Below, in pieces: positions 40,105 to 52,363 of a stretch of 64,000 nt of DNA. The stretch covers positions 15,316,001-15,380,000 of the forward strand of contig NW_024704742.1 of NCBI RefSeq assembly GCF_018977255.1, written 5' to 3'. This DNA comes from Callorhinchus milii. Its lineage: Eukaryota. The notes below the pieces were generated by a model, which did not search any database, was not told where the DNA came from, and worked only from the letters and a program-made list of their open reading frames with translations. The translations under genes and the position numbers were made by a program. The first letter of the stretch is position 1. The number at the start of each line of letters is the position of its first letter.

Positions 40105-42690
40105 CATTAGAGGTCAGAAATAGGAAAGGAGTGGTTACACTGATAGGGATTTACTATAGACCACCAGATAGCGGGAAGGAGATAGAAGAGCAGATCTGCA
40201 ACCAGATCACGGACAGATGTAGGGCGAACAGAGTTGTCATAATGGGGGATTTCAATTATCCCAATATAGATTGGCAAAATAGCAGCGTTAAGGGCAAGGC
40301 AGAAGAAAGATTCATCAACTGTGTACAGGAAAATTTTCTTGAGCAGTATGTCTCCAGTCCTACAAGGAAGGAAGCATTGCTGGATCTTGTCCTAGGGAAT
40401 GAAGTAGGTCAGGTTGAACAAGTTTCGGTAGGGGAGCATCTCAGTAACAGTGACCATAATATTATTAGATTTAGATTACACATGAACAAGGACAAAGTAG
40501 AGTCAAGGGTGAAAATGCTTGACTGGAAAAGAGCTAATTTTGATGGGCTAAAGAGGGACCTAAAGTTGGTGGACTGGCAAGTAAGAATGGCAGGTAAAAC
40601 GACTCATGAGCAATGGGAAATCTTCAAAGATACGATAGCTCAGGGTCTAAATAGATATATTCCCACAAACGGGAAATGTGCGAGAACCAAGCCAGCCTGG
40701 ATGACCAGGGATATTCTGTCTAGGATGAAAAAGAAGAAGATGGCGTACGACAATTGGAAGATGCAAGACACTGAGGATAGCAAAGCGCATTATAGAGAAT
40801 GCAGGAGTGATCTTAAAAGAGCGATAAAGACAGGCTAAAAGATCGCATGAGAAGAGGTTAGCGGGTAACATAAAGGGGAATCTTAAAATATTTTATAAGC
40901 ACATAAAGGAAAAAAGGTTAGTTAAAGGTAGGGTGGGGCCAATCAAAGACAATGACGGCAATCTTGTTGTGGAGGCAGAGGGCACGGCTGATGTACTAAA
41001 CGAGTACTTTGCATCTGTCTTCACAACGGAAACGGATGCCCCAAATGCCACAGTATTGGATGATAGGGTAGAGGACATAGATCAGATTACTATAGACAGA
41101 GAGGAAGTTCTGAAAAGATTGACTGGGCTCAAAATTGATAAGTCACCAGGACCAGATGGGTTTCACCCAAGGTTGCTGTGGGAGATACGGGTTCAAATAG
41201 TGGAGGCATTGGCCATTATATTTCAATCATCATTGGACACAGGAGTGGTGCCAAGAGACTGGAGAGTAGCTAATGTTACCCCACTCTACAAAAAGGGGCA
41301 GAAAGACAAGCCCGGAAACTACAGGCCAGTCAGCCTAACTTCGGTAATAGGAAAACTACTGGAGACCGTAATCCGGGACAAAATAAATCTCTACTTAGAG
41401 GAACACGAGGTAATTAGAGACAGCCAACATGGATTTGTTAAAGGCAAATCTTGCCTAACAAATCTAATAGAATTTTTGAAGAGGTGACTGCGAGGGTTGA
41501 TGAGGGAAATGCGGTGGACATTATTTACATGGATTTTAAAAAGGCTTTTGACACAGTACCGCATAGGAGGTTAATAAAAAAACTGGAGGCCTATGGTATT
41601 AAGGGGACAGTAGCCATTTGGATTAGGAACTGGTTTAGGATCCTCATCCTCACCTACAAGGCCATTCACGGCCTTGCTCCCTCCTACCTCTCTGACCTAC
41701 TATCCCCCTACTTACCTGCCCGTACCCTCCGTTCCTCTGGCTCCAGTCTGTTCCACATCCCCCGCCCCAACCACCCTACCATCGGTGGCCGGGCCTTCAG
41801 CCTCTCAGCCCCTAGGCTCTGAAAATCTATCCCCCAGTGCCTTCGCCTTGCTTCCTCCCTTTCCTCCTTCAAGGCCGGTCTCAAGACCTTTCTCTTTGAC
41901 CGTGCCTTCAGCTCCCCTCTCAACTCTCTACCCCCTCCTCGCCCCCTCCCTTCCCTCCCCTCACCCTGACCATTTCCCTCCTCCTCGCTCCCTCCCTTCC
42001 CTCCCCTCCCCTCACCCTGACCATTTACCCCCTGCTCGGGTCCTGACCCAACTGTACAGCGTCTTGGGACGTCCTCCCGACGTGAAAGGCTCTCTATAAA
42101 TGGAATCTTGTTGTTGTTGTTGTTGTTGGCTGAGTGACAGAATGCAGAGGGTGGTGCGTAATGGGTGTTTCTCGCAATGGAAGAAGGTGTGCAGTGGTGT
42201 CCCCCAGGGATCGGTATTGGGACCACTGCTCTTTCTAATATATATTAATGATCTGGACTTGGGCATAGGGAGCACTATTTCCAAGTTTGCAGATGATACC
42301 AAGGGGTATCATAGGGTAGTAAATAGTGAAGAAGATTGTGACGGACTGCAGGCAGACATACACAGAATGGTGGAATGGGCTGACATGTGGCAGATGGATT
42401 TCAATGTAGATAATTGTGAGGTGATACACTAAGGTAGGAAAAATGATAGGAGGCAATATAGGCTTGGTAGCTCAATCTTAAGGGGGTGAACGTACAGAGA
42501 GATCTGGGCGTTCAAGTAAGCGATTCATTGAAGGTGGCAGAGCAGGTAGATAGGGCAGTAAAAAGGGCATTTGGTGTACTGAGCTTCATTAGTAGGGGCA
42601 TAGAGTATAAGAGTAGGGAGGTTATGCTTAATCTGTACAAAACACGGGTTAGGCCTCAGCTGGAGTACTGCGTCCTGTTCTGGGCACTTT
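40105..42690 (+). mobile_element. CR1 LINE ORF2 (partial APE endonuclease and RT), disrupted, truncated at both ends
   Basis: IGIYYRPP, MGDFNYP, LLDLVL, SDHNII, KSPGPDG, PGNYRPVSLTS, QHGF, YMDFKKAFD, GVPQGSVLGP, KFADD, RPQLEYC motifs; frameshifts near 40835 and 41475; L2 insert at 41634-42126. Confidence 0.96.
41634..42126 (+). mobile_element. L2 3' fragment nested in the CR1 RT domain
   Basis: Splits the CR1 peptide WIRNW|LSDRMQRVV; encodes ILILTYKAIHGLAPSYLSDLL; (TTG)n tail; tgg at both junctions. Confidence 0.95.
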
Positions 42691-43288
42691 AGGTCTCAGT
42701 TGCGAGGCGAGCACACTAACCACTGAGCTACAGGACTCCACAAATTTCCACAGATCTATTGACATGACTTCTGCTTCTTCAATATGACTCTTTCCACAGA
42801 AGGAACAGAGGACATGTCTCTTCCTGGGGCTAACAGGCTGTGAATTCAGGTTTCTCAGTTTCAATATTCAGGAAGACAGATGATCCAGACGATGCTATTA
42901 TTTCAAAAGTTTAAACTGGCATTATGTATGTTCACCTATAGATTTCTTATCACCTCAATCCTTACCAAGTTCTACAGCCAGGATTGATTTCAGGATTTAA
43001 GTCCTTGTTTTCAAATCCTTTCACAGCTTCAATGCATCCTACATGTACAATCTTCTCGATCCTATGCCCCAGCCTAGACTCTCCATAGTTCTGAATGTCT
43101 AATTGCACAAGCCTCACTCTCTCTGCTCCACTCACAGAGGTGACACTTTCAGTCACCACCCTTTTTTGATTTTCATCAGCACTGCAAAATGGTGAGGTTT
43201 TAATCTGTCCACCAAAAGTGTAACATTGCCACCAGCAAACAAAACCTTAAAAATATATTCAAAACGCAAAGTACTGGAGATGCTGGAA

Positions 43289-43602
43289 TAATAATAATAA
43301 TCCTTGCATTTGGTATAGCGCTTTTCAGATCGGGAGGATATCCCAAAGCGCTTCACAGAACACACTGTAAAGTGAATTGACTGTATATTTGTGGGCGAAC
43401 GCGGTAGCCAATTGCGCACAGCAATGTCCCACAAACAGTCGTAGATTGAAAATGACCAATTTATTATTGTTTTTGGTTTTGGAGGGATTATTATTAGGTG
43501 TGTGGAGCAAGGAAACTTGCCCAAGGTTTCGCCCTGCCTGGAATTGAACTCAGGTCTCTCGCTTGCAAAGCGAGTGCTCTAACCACTGAGCTACAGGACT
43601 CC
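43289..43602 (-). mobile_element. tRNA-derived SINE, full length, young subfamily
   Basis: A-box TAGCTCAGTGG, B-box GAGTTCAATTCC, ccttgggcaagtt CORE-like block, L2-like tail with (TTA)n. Confidence 0.95.
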
Positions 43603-43651
43603 ACAAGTTCTGACTGCAGCGTGGAGACAGCAGACCTATGGATCTATCACA

Positions 43652-43858
43652 TGGAAATCTGAAACAAAAGTCACTGGGAACACTCAGCAGGTCAGGCAGC
43701 ATCTATGGAGAAAGGAAAATGAGTCAACGTTTTGGGTCCACGACCCTTCAACAGAACCCACTTCAGACGAAGGGTCATGGACCCGAAATGTGGACTGATT
43801 TTCCTTTCTCTGTAGATGCTGCCTGACCTGCTGAGTGTTCCCAGCGACTTCTGTTTTT
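43652..43858. mobile_element. Penelope-like terminal fragment in inverted configuration (left end continues at 43261-43288)
   Basis: About 95-bp inverted arms ctcagcaggtcaggcagcatct / agatgctgcctgacctgctgag around a short loop; degenerate hammerhead-like core; family call from recollection of shark repeats. Confidence 0.7.
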
Positions 43859-44318
43859 GCCTTAAAATTATATTCTTTTGAGAATTTGAGGCAACAGTGA
43901 AAAACAAGTTCTGACTGCAGCGTGGAGACAGCAGACCTATGGATCTATCACGCTTTGATCAGTGAATACCTAATCTCTTTATTACTTATTATTATCAAGA
44001 TAAATCAGATATTGAAATGTCTCAAAGTACTTCACAGGATTTTGCAGTGAAGTGCAGTGACTGCTTTGTTCTCGAATGTGGCAGCTAATTTGTGCAAAGC
44101 AATGTCCCACAAACAGTCATGAGTGAATGAGCGATTTTATCTGGGGAATCGTTGGGCTGGATACCATGAAAACTTCCTTCTCTTTTTGAGTAGTGCCATG
44201 GAATCTTTATCTTCCATCTGAACAGGCAGACTGGACCTCCATTTAACATCTCATGTGAGGACTGCACCTCTAACAATACAGCTGTCCACTAACACAGTAT
44301 TGAAGTATCAGCCTAGAC

Positions 44319-44413
44319 CAGTGGCCAATGTTTTTGGTTAGTGAACAAAATCAATTTTTTTGATTGAATATTTATTGATTTATGGCTCCCGGGTCATGAG
44401 TTGACCACCACTG
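44319..44413. mobile_element. hAT (Charlie-type) MITE inserted in a Deu-type SINE
   Basis: Ends CAGTGG...CCACTG; 8-bp TSD gcctagac / gcctagtc. Confidence 0.75.
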
Positions 44414-44563
44414 GCCTAGTCTATGAGCCCAAAGACTCAATGACCCTTATAACTCAGAGGCACAAGTGTTACCAACTGATCTTTGGTGTTTACACTGGGT
44501 AATCCCCATTATATATTAATAAGGAAAACATTTGCATTTTGTATTTTTATCAACCAGAATACA

Positions 44564-44915
44564 ATAATAATAATGATAATAATAATAATCCTTGAATTTG
44601 ATATAGCACCTTATCACATCTTTAAGACATCTCAAACACTTCACAGAATATATTGTAAAGTGAATTAACTGTATGTTTTGTGGGCAAAGCACAGCAGCCA
44701 ACTGTGCACTGAAACAGTCATGGATTTTTTTTAAGGGATTATTATTTTCGGAAAAGCGATCCGCAAATCGACTAACAAGCAGATTCCTACTTATTGCTAG
44801 GTGAACAGAGGCATATGGAGTAAAGAAATTTGCCTAACATTTTGGCCTGCCCAGGAATTGAACCCAGGTCCTCTCCCTTGCAAGGCAAGTGCTCTAACCA
44901 ATACTCCACAGGACT
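44564..44915 (-). mobile_element. tRNA-derived SINE, older long-middle subfamily
   Basis: tRNA-like head, ctctgttcacctagcaataagtaggaatc middle, L2-like tail. Confidence 0.85.
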
Positions 44916-45744
44916 GCTCAATATGCAATATAGCCCCCTATTCTCCACAAACAGGATGTCCGACCACCACCCACTGTTATATAAAGTTTGCTGAGTACAA
45001 TAGACAGCATGTACTCCTGAGAGTTCCAATAAGATGTTCTGCCAACGTGAAAGGCGCTATATCAAATGCAAGTTATTACTTTGATAATAAATGAGTCATG
45101 CATTTCCAGACCACAGTAAGATCTCATTTTGAGGGCTTGTTGTGTTTTATAATTGATTTAATTAATACGGCAGGTGGATCTCTGCTGAAAGTTTATGCCT
45201 GGCTTGTGCATGAAGCTGTTCCACAGAAGAGACAGCCAGGATCAACAACAAACATTCATCCCACTGTTCCTCAGCATTGAAGACAATGGGGAACACGCAC
45301 AATTGAAAGGGATGAGAGATGGATTCAATTTCTCCTGGAAAAACAAACAAATGACAGAATCAATCTGCACCCTCAATAATATGCATCTGTATTCCGACAC
45401 AGAAATAAACATTAATAACTTTGATTTATCACTGACAAAGTTGTTTAGTATTCTGAAGCTAAGATGCTGGAATATTGATTTATGTTTGGAGTTTAGAACA
45501 TGAATTTACTTAACGTTATATCCCAGCACCCTGGGACGTCTTTCCAACATGACGGGCGCTCTTCAAGTGTAATTTGTTGTTGGTGTTTTATTCAAAAGCC
45601 TTTCCTAATGCTATCAGCTCTAACTTTGCTTGGTGAATTTTGTGCCAGCATCAAGATATGTGAAGTTAGTGCTGGGAATTCAGTCACTTTCCCACCAAAT
45701 ATCTGTATCAAATATTCCCAGGCCAGTAAAACGTTTTCAGATGC

Positions 45745-46250
45745 TGAGAAAAGGTCAATTCTCTGTGGCATTCTCAGCAGTACCCTAGAGTAGCTGAGCC
45801 AGGCAGGTCCACAGTACCCCAGGGCACTGCTGATGAATGACTATCCAGCCTGGCTCATCAACAGGACTTGAGAGGCAGACCAGTCACTGGGAGCAGAGAT
45901 TCTTTTCACTCAACTCCTGCTCATCCTACAAGCCAACCCATTAACAGGAAGGGTGGTCCTAGAGGACAAAGAGCAAGCTTGACTGACAGTGCTTTCAATG
46001 GCAAGCTATGTGGGTTTTAGCAGATTGAACCCCAGCAGTACTTCAATGCTCACTTTGGGATCCCCAAGTCTAGTCTCGTGCCTAATATTCTCTGGAATTA
46101 GGTAAGCAGAGGGCATCCCTGCCAGGAGATGGTAAGTGTTCCATTCCAGATACAGAACTTTCTATGTGTAGATGGCATACATATGTAAAACACTCAGTCT
46201 CGTTTGGATACTCTAAAGCAGGTTGGGCATGTATAGGACACTTGCCTGAC
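45745..46250 (+). repeat. Unclassified old interspersed repeat, long copy A
   Basis: Colinear with 48785-49318 (gcagagattctt, gtggtccta, tcaatgg.agctatg, cctaata, ttggatac). Confidence 0.7.
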
Positions 46251-46999
46251 AAAAAAAACACACTCACATACAGCACCTCGCACAACCACATGGCCACTCA
46301 CACACCACACATACAAATTCACACAGAACACTTCACACGCAGTAGTGCGCTCAACATCAGTTCAGTCAAAATAACAATTGATGATAATTTCCTAACCAAA
46401 TAGAAAAGGCAGGTAATGTTGAAATGTATAGTGTTTAATAGACTTTGTACTATAAATCTCAGACATTCAAAAACTTCGCTTGAACCACCTTGAGACGTCA
46501 AAATGATTTGGGATGTTTTGAAAAATATATTTTAAAATAAAAAAACAATAGAAATTGACTATTTAATGTTGTCATCAATTCATTTGCTGTATTGTAAATG
46601 AACTTCCCTTTAACAATAAGTGACAAGTTCATGTCATCACTTTGAGAGAAACAATTGATTTCTGAACATTATCATATAACTGCAAACTGTCATTTTAGAA
46701 ATTGCTCTCCAAATATTAATTTGTTAAGCCGCTTATCTAAACATGCCTTTGCTTGCTTTACATCCACTTTTTTCACTTGTCTGTTGAGTGAAGATAGCCG
46801 AAACAGACAGTGTTTATTGCAGTGCTGACAGATCCTGAATCTCCAATGCTTCATTAAGACAAGTTTTTTAAAAAAGAAGTGAGACCTTAAGACCATTTCT
46901 TTTACTTTGCAACTAAATGCATCTCAACCTTTCATTGTCTGGGCCTACATTCCGTGTCTGACTGGCTCAATTAATAGCTAAGCTTCGCATCAGGCTTTG

Positions 47000-47280
47000 A
47001 GAATCATAGTACCCACAAACAGCCATGAGGTGGATGACCAATTTTATCTGGAGAACTGTTGGCCAGGACAGCATAAGAAACTCCTTTCTCTTTTCAAATA
47101 GTGCCATAACATCCAACTGAACAGGTAAATGGGACCTTGGATTTAACAGCTCATCCATAGGTCAGCAACTCTAACAATGAAGCACTCCCCCAACTCTGCA
47201 CTGGAGTATCAGCCTTATCCATGAGCTCAAAATCCCGATCTAGGGATTCGACTCAGAGGTGAGAGGACTACCGCTGAGTC
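47000..47280 (-). mobile_element. Deu-type SINE, decayed
   Basis: tgttggccaggaca...aactcctttctcttttcaaatagtgccat core and ctcagaggtgagag head remnant. Confidence 0.7.
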
Positions 47281-47649
47281 AGGCAAAGCAAAGAGAAAAT
47301 ATGGAATCTTTAATAATGACTAAAACTTATCAGGGAATTGACTTTACTGTAGATTCAAGGTAGCAACATTACGGATTTTCAATGAAACATTGGATTTCAG
47401 GTGAAGAAAGTAATTGCTGCATTTTCTCTGGGACATAATGCAATTCAATTCCAGAATAAAGGATGTTCCTTTGTAAATATAGCTGCTGAATTATAAAATG
47501 GAATGCAATAATGCAGCTGATTCCTAACAACTACTTATATTGATACAGCCCCCTTCAGGTGGGATAACATCTCAGAGCAATTCACAGCATATAAATAGAT
47601 GCAACTCTTAATAACATCTAAAAGGTTCATTAAAAATTGCTGATTGTAC

Positions 47650-47772
47650 CTGAATAGCAGCCAGATTCTTGTGCTCTTGTGTGGGAGCCTGATGGACAAA
47701 ACGCAGCCAATTTGAATGCCGTGGATTGCTGGCATCCAGGATGTAGAGCACTTCTCCTTTACTCCCACGTAC
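47650..47772 (-). CDS. PRDM5: PRDM5 coding exon 3 (PR/SET, NWLRFV motif)
   Basis: tttgcag|[41 protein letters not shown]|gtacaa; 123 nt; phase 0-0. Confidence 0.96.
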
Positions 47773-48784
47773 CTGCAAACATCAAGGAAAATCTCAGGAG
47801 TGGTCTTATAATAATAATATTAATAATCCTTGCATTTGATATAGCGCCTTATCAGGTGTTCGAGATGTCTCAAAGTGCTTCACAGAATATACTGTAAAAT
47901 GAATTGACTGTATATTTTGTGGGTGAAACATGGCAGTCAATTGCGAACAGCAGTATCCCACAGACAGTTGTGGATTGAGTGATCAAATTTTTTTGAAGGA
48001 ATTCAGAAAGTCTTCCGTCTATTGCAGAAATAACAAAATGACATTGAACAGAAGAGGATTTCAAAACAGATCAGCGCTCCTTCTCAGAATAGATAGATGT
48101 TAAGTACACCCAAACACACTATGCAGCAATATAACAAACATGCTCTCCTTTGCATGAACTAACCTCTGGAAAATGCAAGTGGTTTTTACTATCCACCAAT
48201 GAAGCCAGGCATATTGCCATGACAACATACAGATAAAGCATGAATTTAGTTTCTATTTTGTCAGCAGAAAGTTAGTGTGAATGCAATTTGTGTACACACC
48301 AGACAAAGTAATAATGAAAATCTGTACACTGCCTCTGCAAAAATAAATGTTAAGAAAAATACATTTCATTTTCCACCCAGACTCAGAAATATGTTTCAAA
48401 AAGAGGTCAGATACCATCACTAAATGGCAGGAAATTTAGACTGCAGGGATCAGGGGAATATTCAAGGGAGCAGTTAATTTTTGTGTCATTACCAACTCAA
48501 TTATTGCTGGTATCATGCAGGCTCCATCTGGAAGCCCATTTTCTGGTTTGTGGCCAACAAACAGAAGAATGGAATACCTCTGACTTGGATATATTCTGTT
48601 CTCCACATTATGGCTTCAGTAATTGATATTTCCTGTCACTAGTCCTGGGGTATCAGAGCAAATTGTAGTGCCCCCTTCTTCCCTATCCCTCCAACTATCC
48701 CCCTCGCGGGGGGAGGGGGCATAAGCAGGGTCTACTTGAAGCAGAACTGGCTCCAAGGTGACACGGTTGGCAACAGAATATCAA

Positions 48785-49318
48785 AATCGAGCCAACCCTC
48801 TGTGGTAGTCTCGGTAATCCATTTCCTGAGCCAGGAGCATCTGCAGTACTCAAGGGGACTGTGGATGAGAGTACAGCAGGGCTTGGAGGGGCAGAGATTC
48901 TTCCCACTCAGCCCCTGTTAATGCTGCAAGCCAAAGCCCTTAAAGGGTAATGTGGTCCTAGCTGGACAAGCAGTGGGAAAGCTTACCGCATAGCAATATC
49001 AATGGTGAGCTATGAGGTTTTAGCTGGTTAGTCTCCGGCAGTATCTCAACGTACACTCTGGGACTACCAAACCGTAGCAATTGCCAACCTGCACCTAATA
49101 CTCTCAGGCATTAGGCAATTCCATTAGGTAAGTAGGTAAGCAGGATGTGACCCTCCAGGGAGAGAATATGCATTCCATTCCAATAAATATCTCTGGAATT
49201 TCCATGTATAGGTGGGATCATTGAACTCTCAGTTTGGTTCGGATAGTCTTAAGTTAAGCATGGTGATGGGTTTCTGCATGTATCAGATGTGTCAGACACC
49301 CAGTTAACCAAAATAAAA
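48785..49318 (+). repeat. Unclassified old interspersed repeat, long copy B
   Basis: Colinear with 45745-46250; ends taagcatggtgatgggtttctgcatg...gtgtcagacacccagttaaccaaaataaaa. Confidence 0.7.
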
Positions 49319-52042
49319 CCTCCAACTGAGATCAGTTATTGGAGCATAGTGGAGATATTGAACCCAGGAGCACCCCAGTCTATATGGCTCAGTATCTAGT
49401 CACCCAGTGCACTCACTTACCTTAGAAGCTTTATCTGCTCATTCTGTATGCTTCAGTTTTCCTCCTCCCCCATTCACTGGGGCCTGCTTCATGTCCCCAC
49501 TATTCTACCCCACCATTGGTAGGTGATCTTTCAGACACTTTGTCCCAGTCTGGAATTCTTCTTTGGTTGTACCTTTGGCTAACTCTTACTTACCCCTACG
49601 ATCTCCCACCCTACTCAAACTCCCACTTGGTTTTCTGCAAAGCACTTTGGAACCTTCTCCTATGTGAAACAGTTACAGATTGTTGCCGTTGTTGAGTCAC
49701 ACTTTCAGTTTGAGTGGGACTAAAACAGGAGTTCCATTTTGTTATTGAATCAGAAGACCTCTCCAGCTCGATTTACAATCAACGAAAGAGCTCAATCTTG
49801 CTTGTTAGCTTTCTGGTGTACATCCTTAAAATAAATATTGGCTTTCCATCATGTTAGAGATATTGTTCTGTCCCCCTTATAACAAATTGAATTTATATAG
49901 CTCCCTTCAAGCAGGATAGCATCTTGTAGGGCTTAACATGATGCAGATCTGGGAATAAAGTAAAGGTGACCGTAAACACAGTCGAAAAGAAAAGTTAAGA
50001 TGGTGTAGGAGGGAGCAAGGCAGAGGAATTGAGGCTTGATTAACTCACTGTTATTCAATTACTCAATGCCCCCAACGTGAAAGGGGAGGTGACCGTAAGC
50101 ATGGTAGAAGAGAAAAGGGCATGGTCAAAGAGAAAAGGCCTATATAAATGTAAAATGCATTTTATTGTTGCCCCCTCCTATCTCGGTTTCACACTTACCA
50201 ATTATAACCTCAACAACAAAACAATCTTCTGTCTCATGCTAATGGGTTTATAGATTAACATTAATTGAAGCGATTGAAAATCTTTCCTCTTTTGACCTAA
50301 ACATAGAAGCATTTTTATTACCAACATCTGGGTTTTACTGCGACAAATAACTCAACATAACAATAATAACAATAGCAATAATCTTTGAATTTGATACAAT
50401 GATACAGTACCTATAACATTGAGAATTTCTCAAAGCTCCACAGTAATTACGACTGAATCTATTGACAATGTATTTGGTACGTTAGTGCAGCACCCAATTT
50501 GTGCACAGCAATGTCCCATAGTCAGCAGGTGAATAACTGCTTCATCTGGACGATTGTTGGCCAGGACCCTGAGAGAAACTCCTTTCTCTCTTCTAACAAT
50601 GTCTTTAACATCCACCTGAACTGAACAGGCAGACGAGAACTCAGTTTAAAGTCTCATCTGAAGGTTGGATTTTGTGGGTGACAGAGCTGGGGAGACCAAA
50701 GACCATATAAATGTAAATTGTACCGGTATCGATTCTTTTTCTTAGAATTTATCAATTTTTTTTTAATGCATGTAAAGTGTCATAAGAACAGTGTGCAACA
50801 GCAAAAATCTTATTGACAGAGATGAACGTCTCAAATAACTTGACTGTTGGACTGCTTGGGAGTACAGGGTGAAATGCGTGAGATGTTCTGGGTGCAGAAA
50901 TACCTGTCATTCAAGGCATGACCCCGACCATAACCTAGTTTAGCAGTTTAGTAAAAATGGTTTAGTTCAGTAAAACAGTGATTCATCAAAGAATGATATG
51001 ATAAATTGAAGAATTTATGAATTGATGAAATATATTCTTTTACACACGGTGACAAATTACTTCCTCCTGCTGGAAGTCTGTCCAAATGTTTGGACGTTGT
51101 GCATTATGAATTCTTCCATTTTTCCCGTTTGTGGTTTGATCTGTTTCACCAACTACATGATCATATGAGCACTTTCTCTCTCTCTTTTGTTATAAAGAAA
51201 ACCGAGTTAAGGAAGTCACCAACGCACAATAAAGGCATTTGGGGAGGGGTGGAATAAATTGCAAGCGAAGTCTGCTCAGACTCCCAGAAGGATTGCATGA
51301 TTTCCATCTCCCAGACGGTTGTATTTTGTGCACGACAACCACTGGTTTCAGTTGACTGCATTTATTGTGCCCTCAACGCGAAGGGTGCTTTAGAAATGCA
51401 ATTTGTTCTTGTTGTTGTTTATAGCCACATTCATCCTTGTCCAATTTTATAACCTAATACAATTAGTTGTCTCCTTTCACAACAACAATATTTTCGATAT
51501 TGACAAACAACGATAGCAACTTTTTCGACCAATTTGCCCATTGACCTTTTTTTAAACCGGATATTGTGGGCTTTATAGATTTGCAATTTGCCATTTCATG
51601 AATCTTACAAGTCTGGGCTAATCCAGCTAGTCTCGGCCACAAGGGCACTACAATTGGCCTCAGTGCCTCTGGGAGAGAGGGCAGAGCAACATGGAACAAA
51701 ATCTGTGCAAGATTTTCTCCTCTTCTCTGCTAAAGGTGCTAATTCTCAGCCAGAGAACTACAATTGGCCTATCATCAATGAATTTAGGAAGAGGGAATAG
51801 AGAGGCCCAAGTGAAGGGAGGAGTGGAGCTCATGTAAATACCAGCACAGACTAGTTGGGCCAAATGACCCGTTTCCACGCCGTATCTCTCCATGTAATAC
51901 TCTATATAATTCTTGCTAGGATTCAGGGCCATGGAGGATGTTCTTAACATGCCAGGCAGCACTAGAAGCAAGGAAGATACCACTCTACACGATGTTCAAT
52001 AACGGGTTCAAAGCACACCCAAGTTATAATCAGTTATAATGT

Positions 52043-52363
52043 GGAGTCCTGTAGCTCAGTGGTTAGAGCACTCGCTTTGCAAGTGAGAGATCTGAGTTCA
52101 ATTCCAGGCAGGGCGAAACCTTGGGCAAGTTTCCTTACTCCACACAGAGCCTAATAATAATCCCTCCAAAACTAAAAACAATAATTAAATTGGTCATTTT
52201 CAATCTACGACTGTCTGTGGGACATTGCTGTGCGCAATTGGCTGCCGCGTTCGCCCACAAATATACAGTCAATTCACTTTACAGTGTGTTCTGTGAAGCG
52301 CTTTGGGACGTCCTCCCGACGTGAAAAGCGCTATATCAAATGCAAGGATTATTATTATTATTA
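52043..52363 (+). mobile_element. tRNA-derived SINE, full length, young subfamily
   Basis: GGAGTCCTGTAGCTCAGTGGTTAGAGC head through gcgctatatcaaatgcaagga(TTA)n. Confidence 0.96.

Noticed and set aside
39969..40838. 289-aa ORF as a host gene
   Set aside because: From about 40105 it is CR1 endonuclease; the N-terminal part is chance read-through of flanking DNA
42100..42432. ORF starting MESCCCCCCCW
   Set aside because: The poly-Cys is the L2 (TTG)n tail read into the resumed CR1 frame
52043..52115. tRNA-like sequence with A/B boxes and a TGC anticodon loop (also 54692, 43602, 63871)
   Set aside because: It is the head of a SINE: it runs on into SINE body and L2 tail, and the anticodon loop varies between copies
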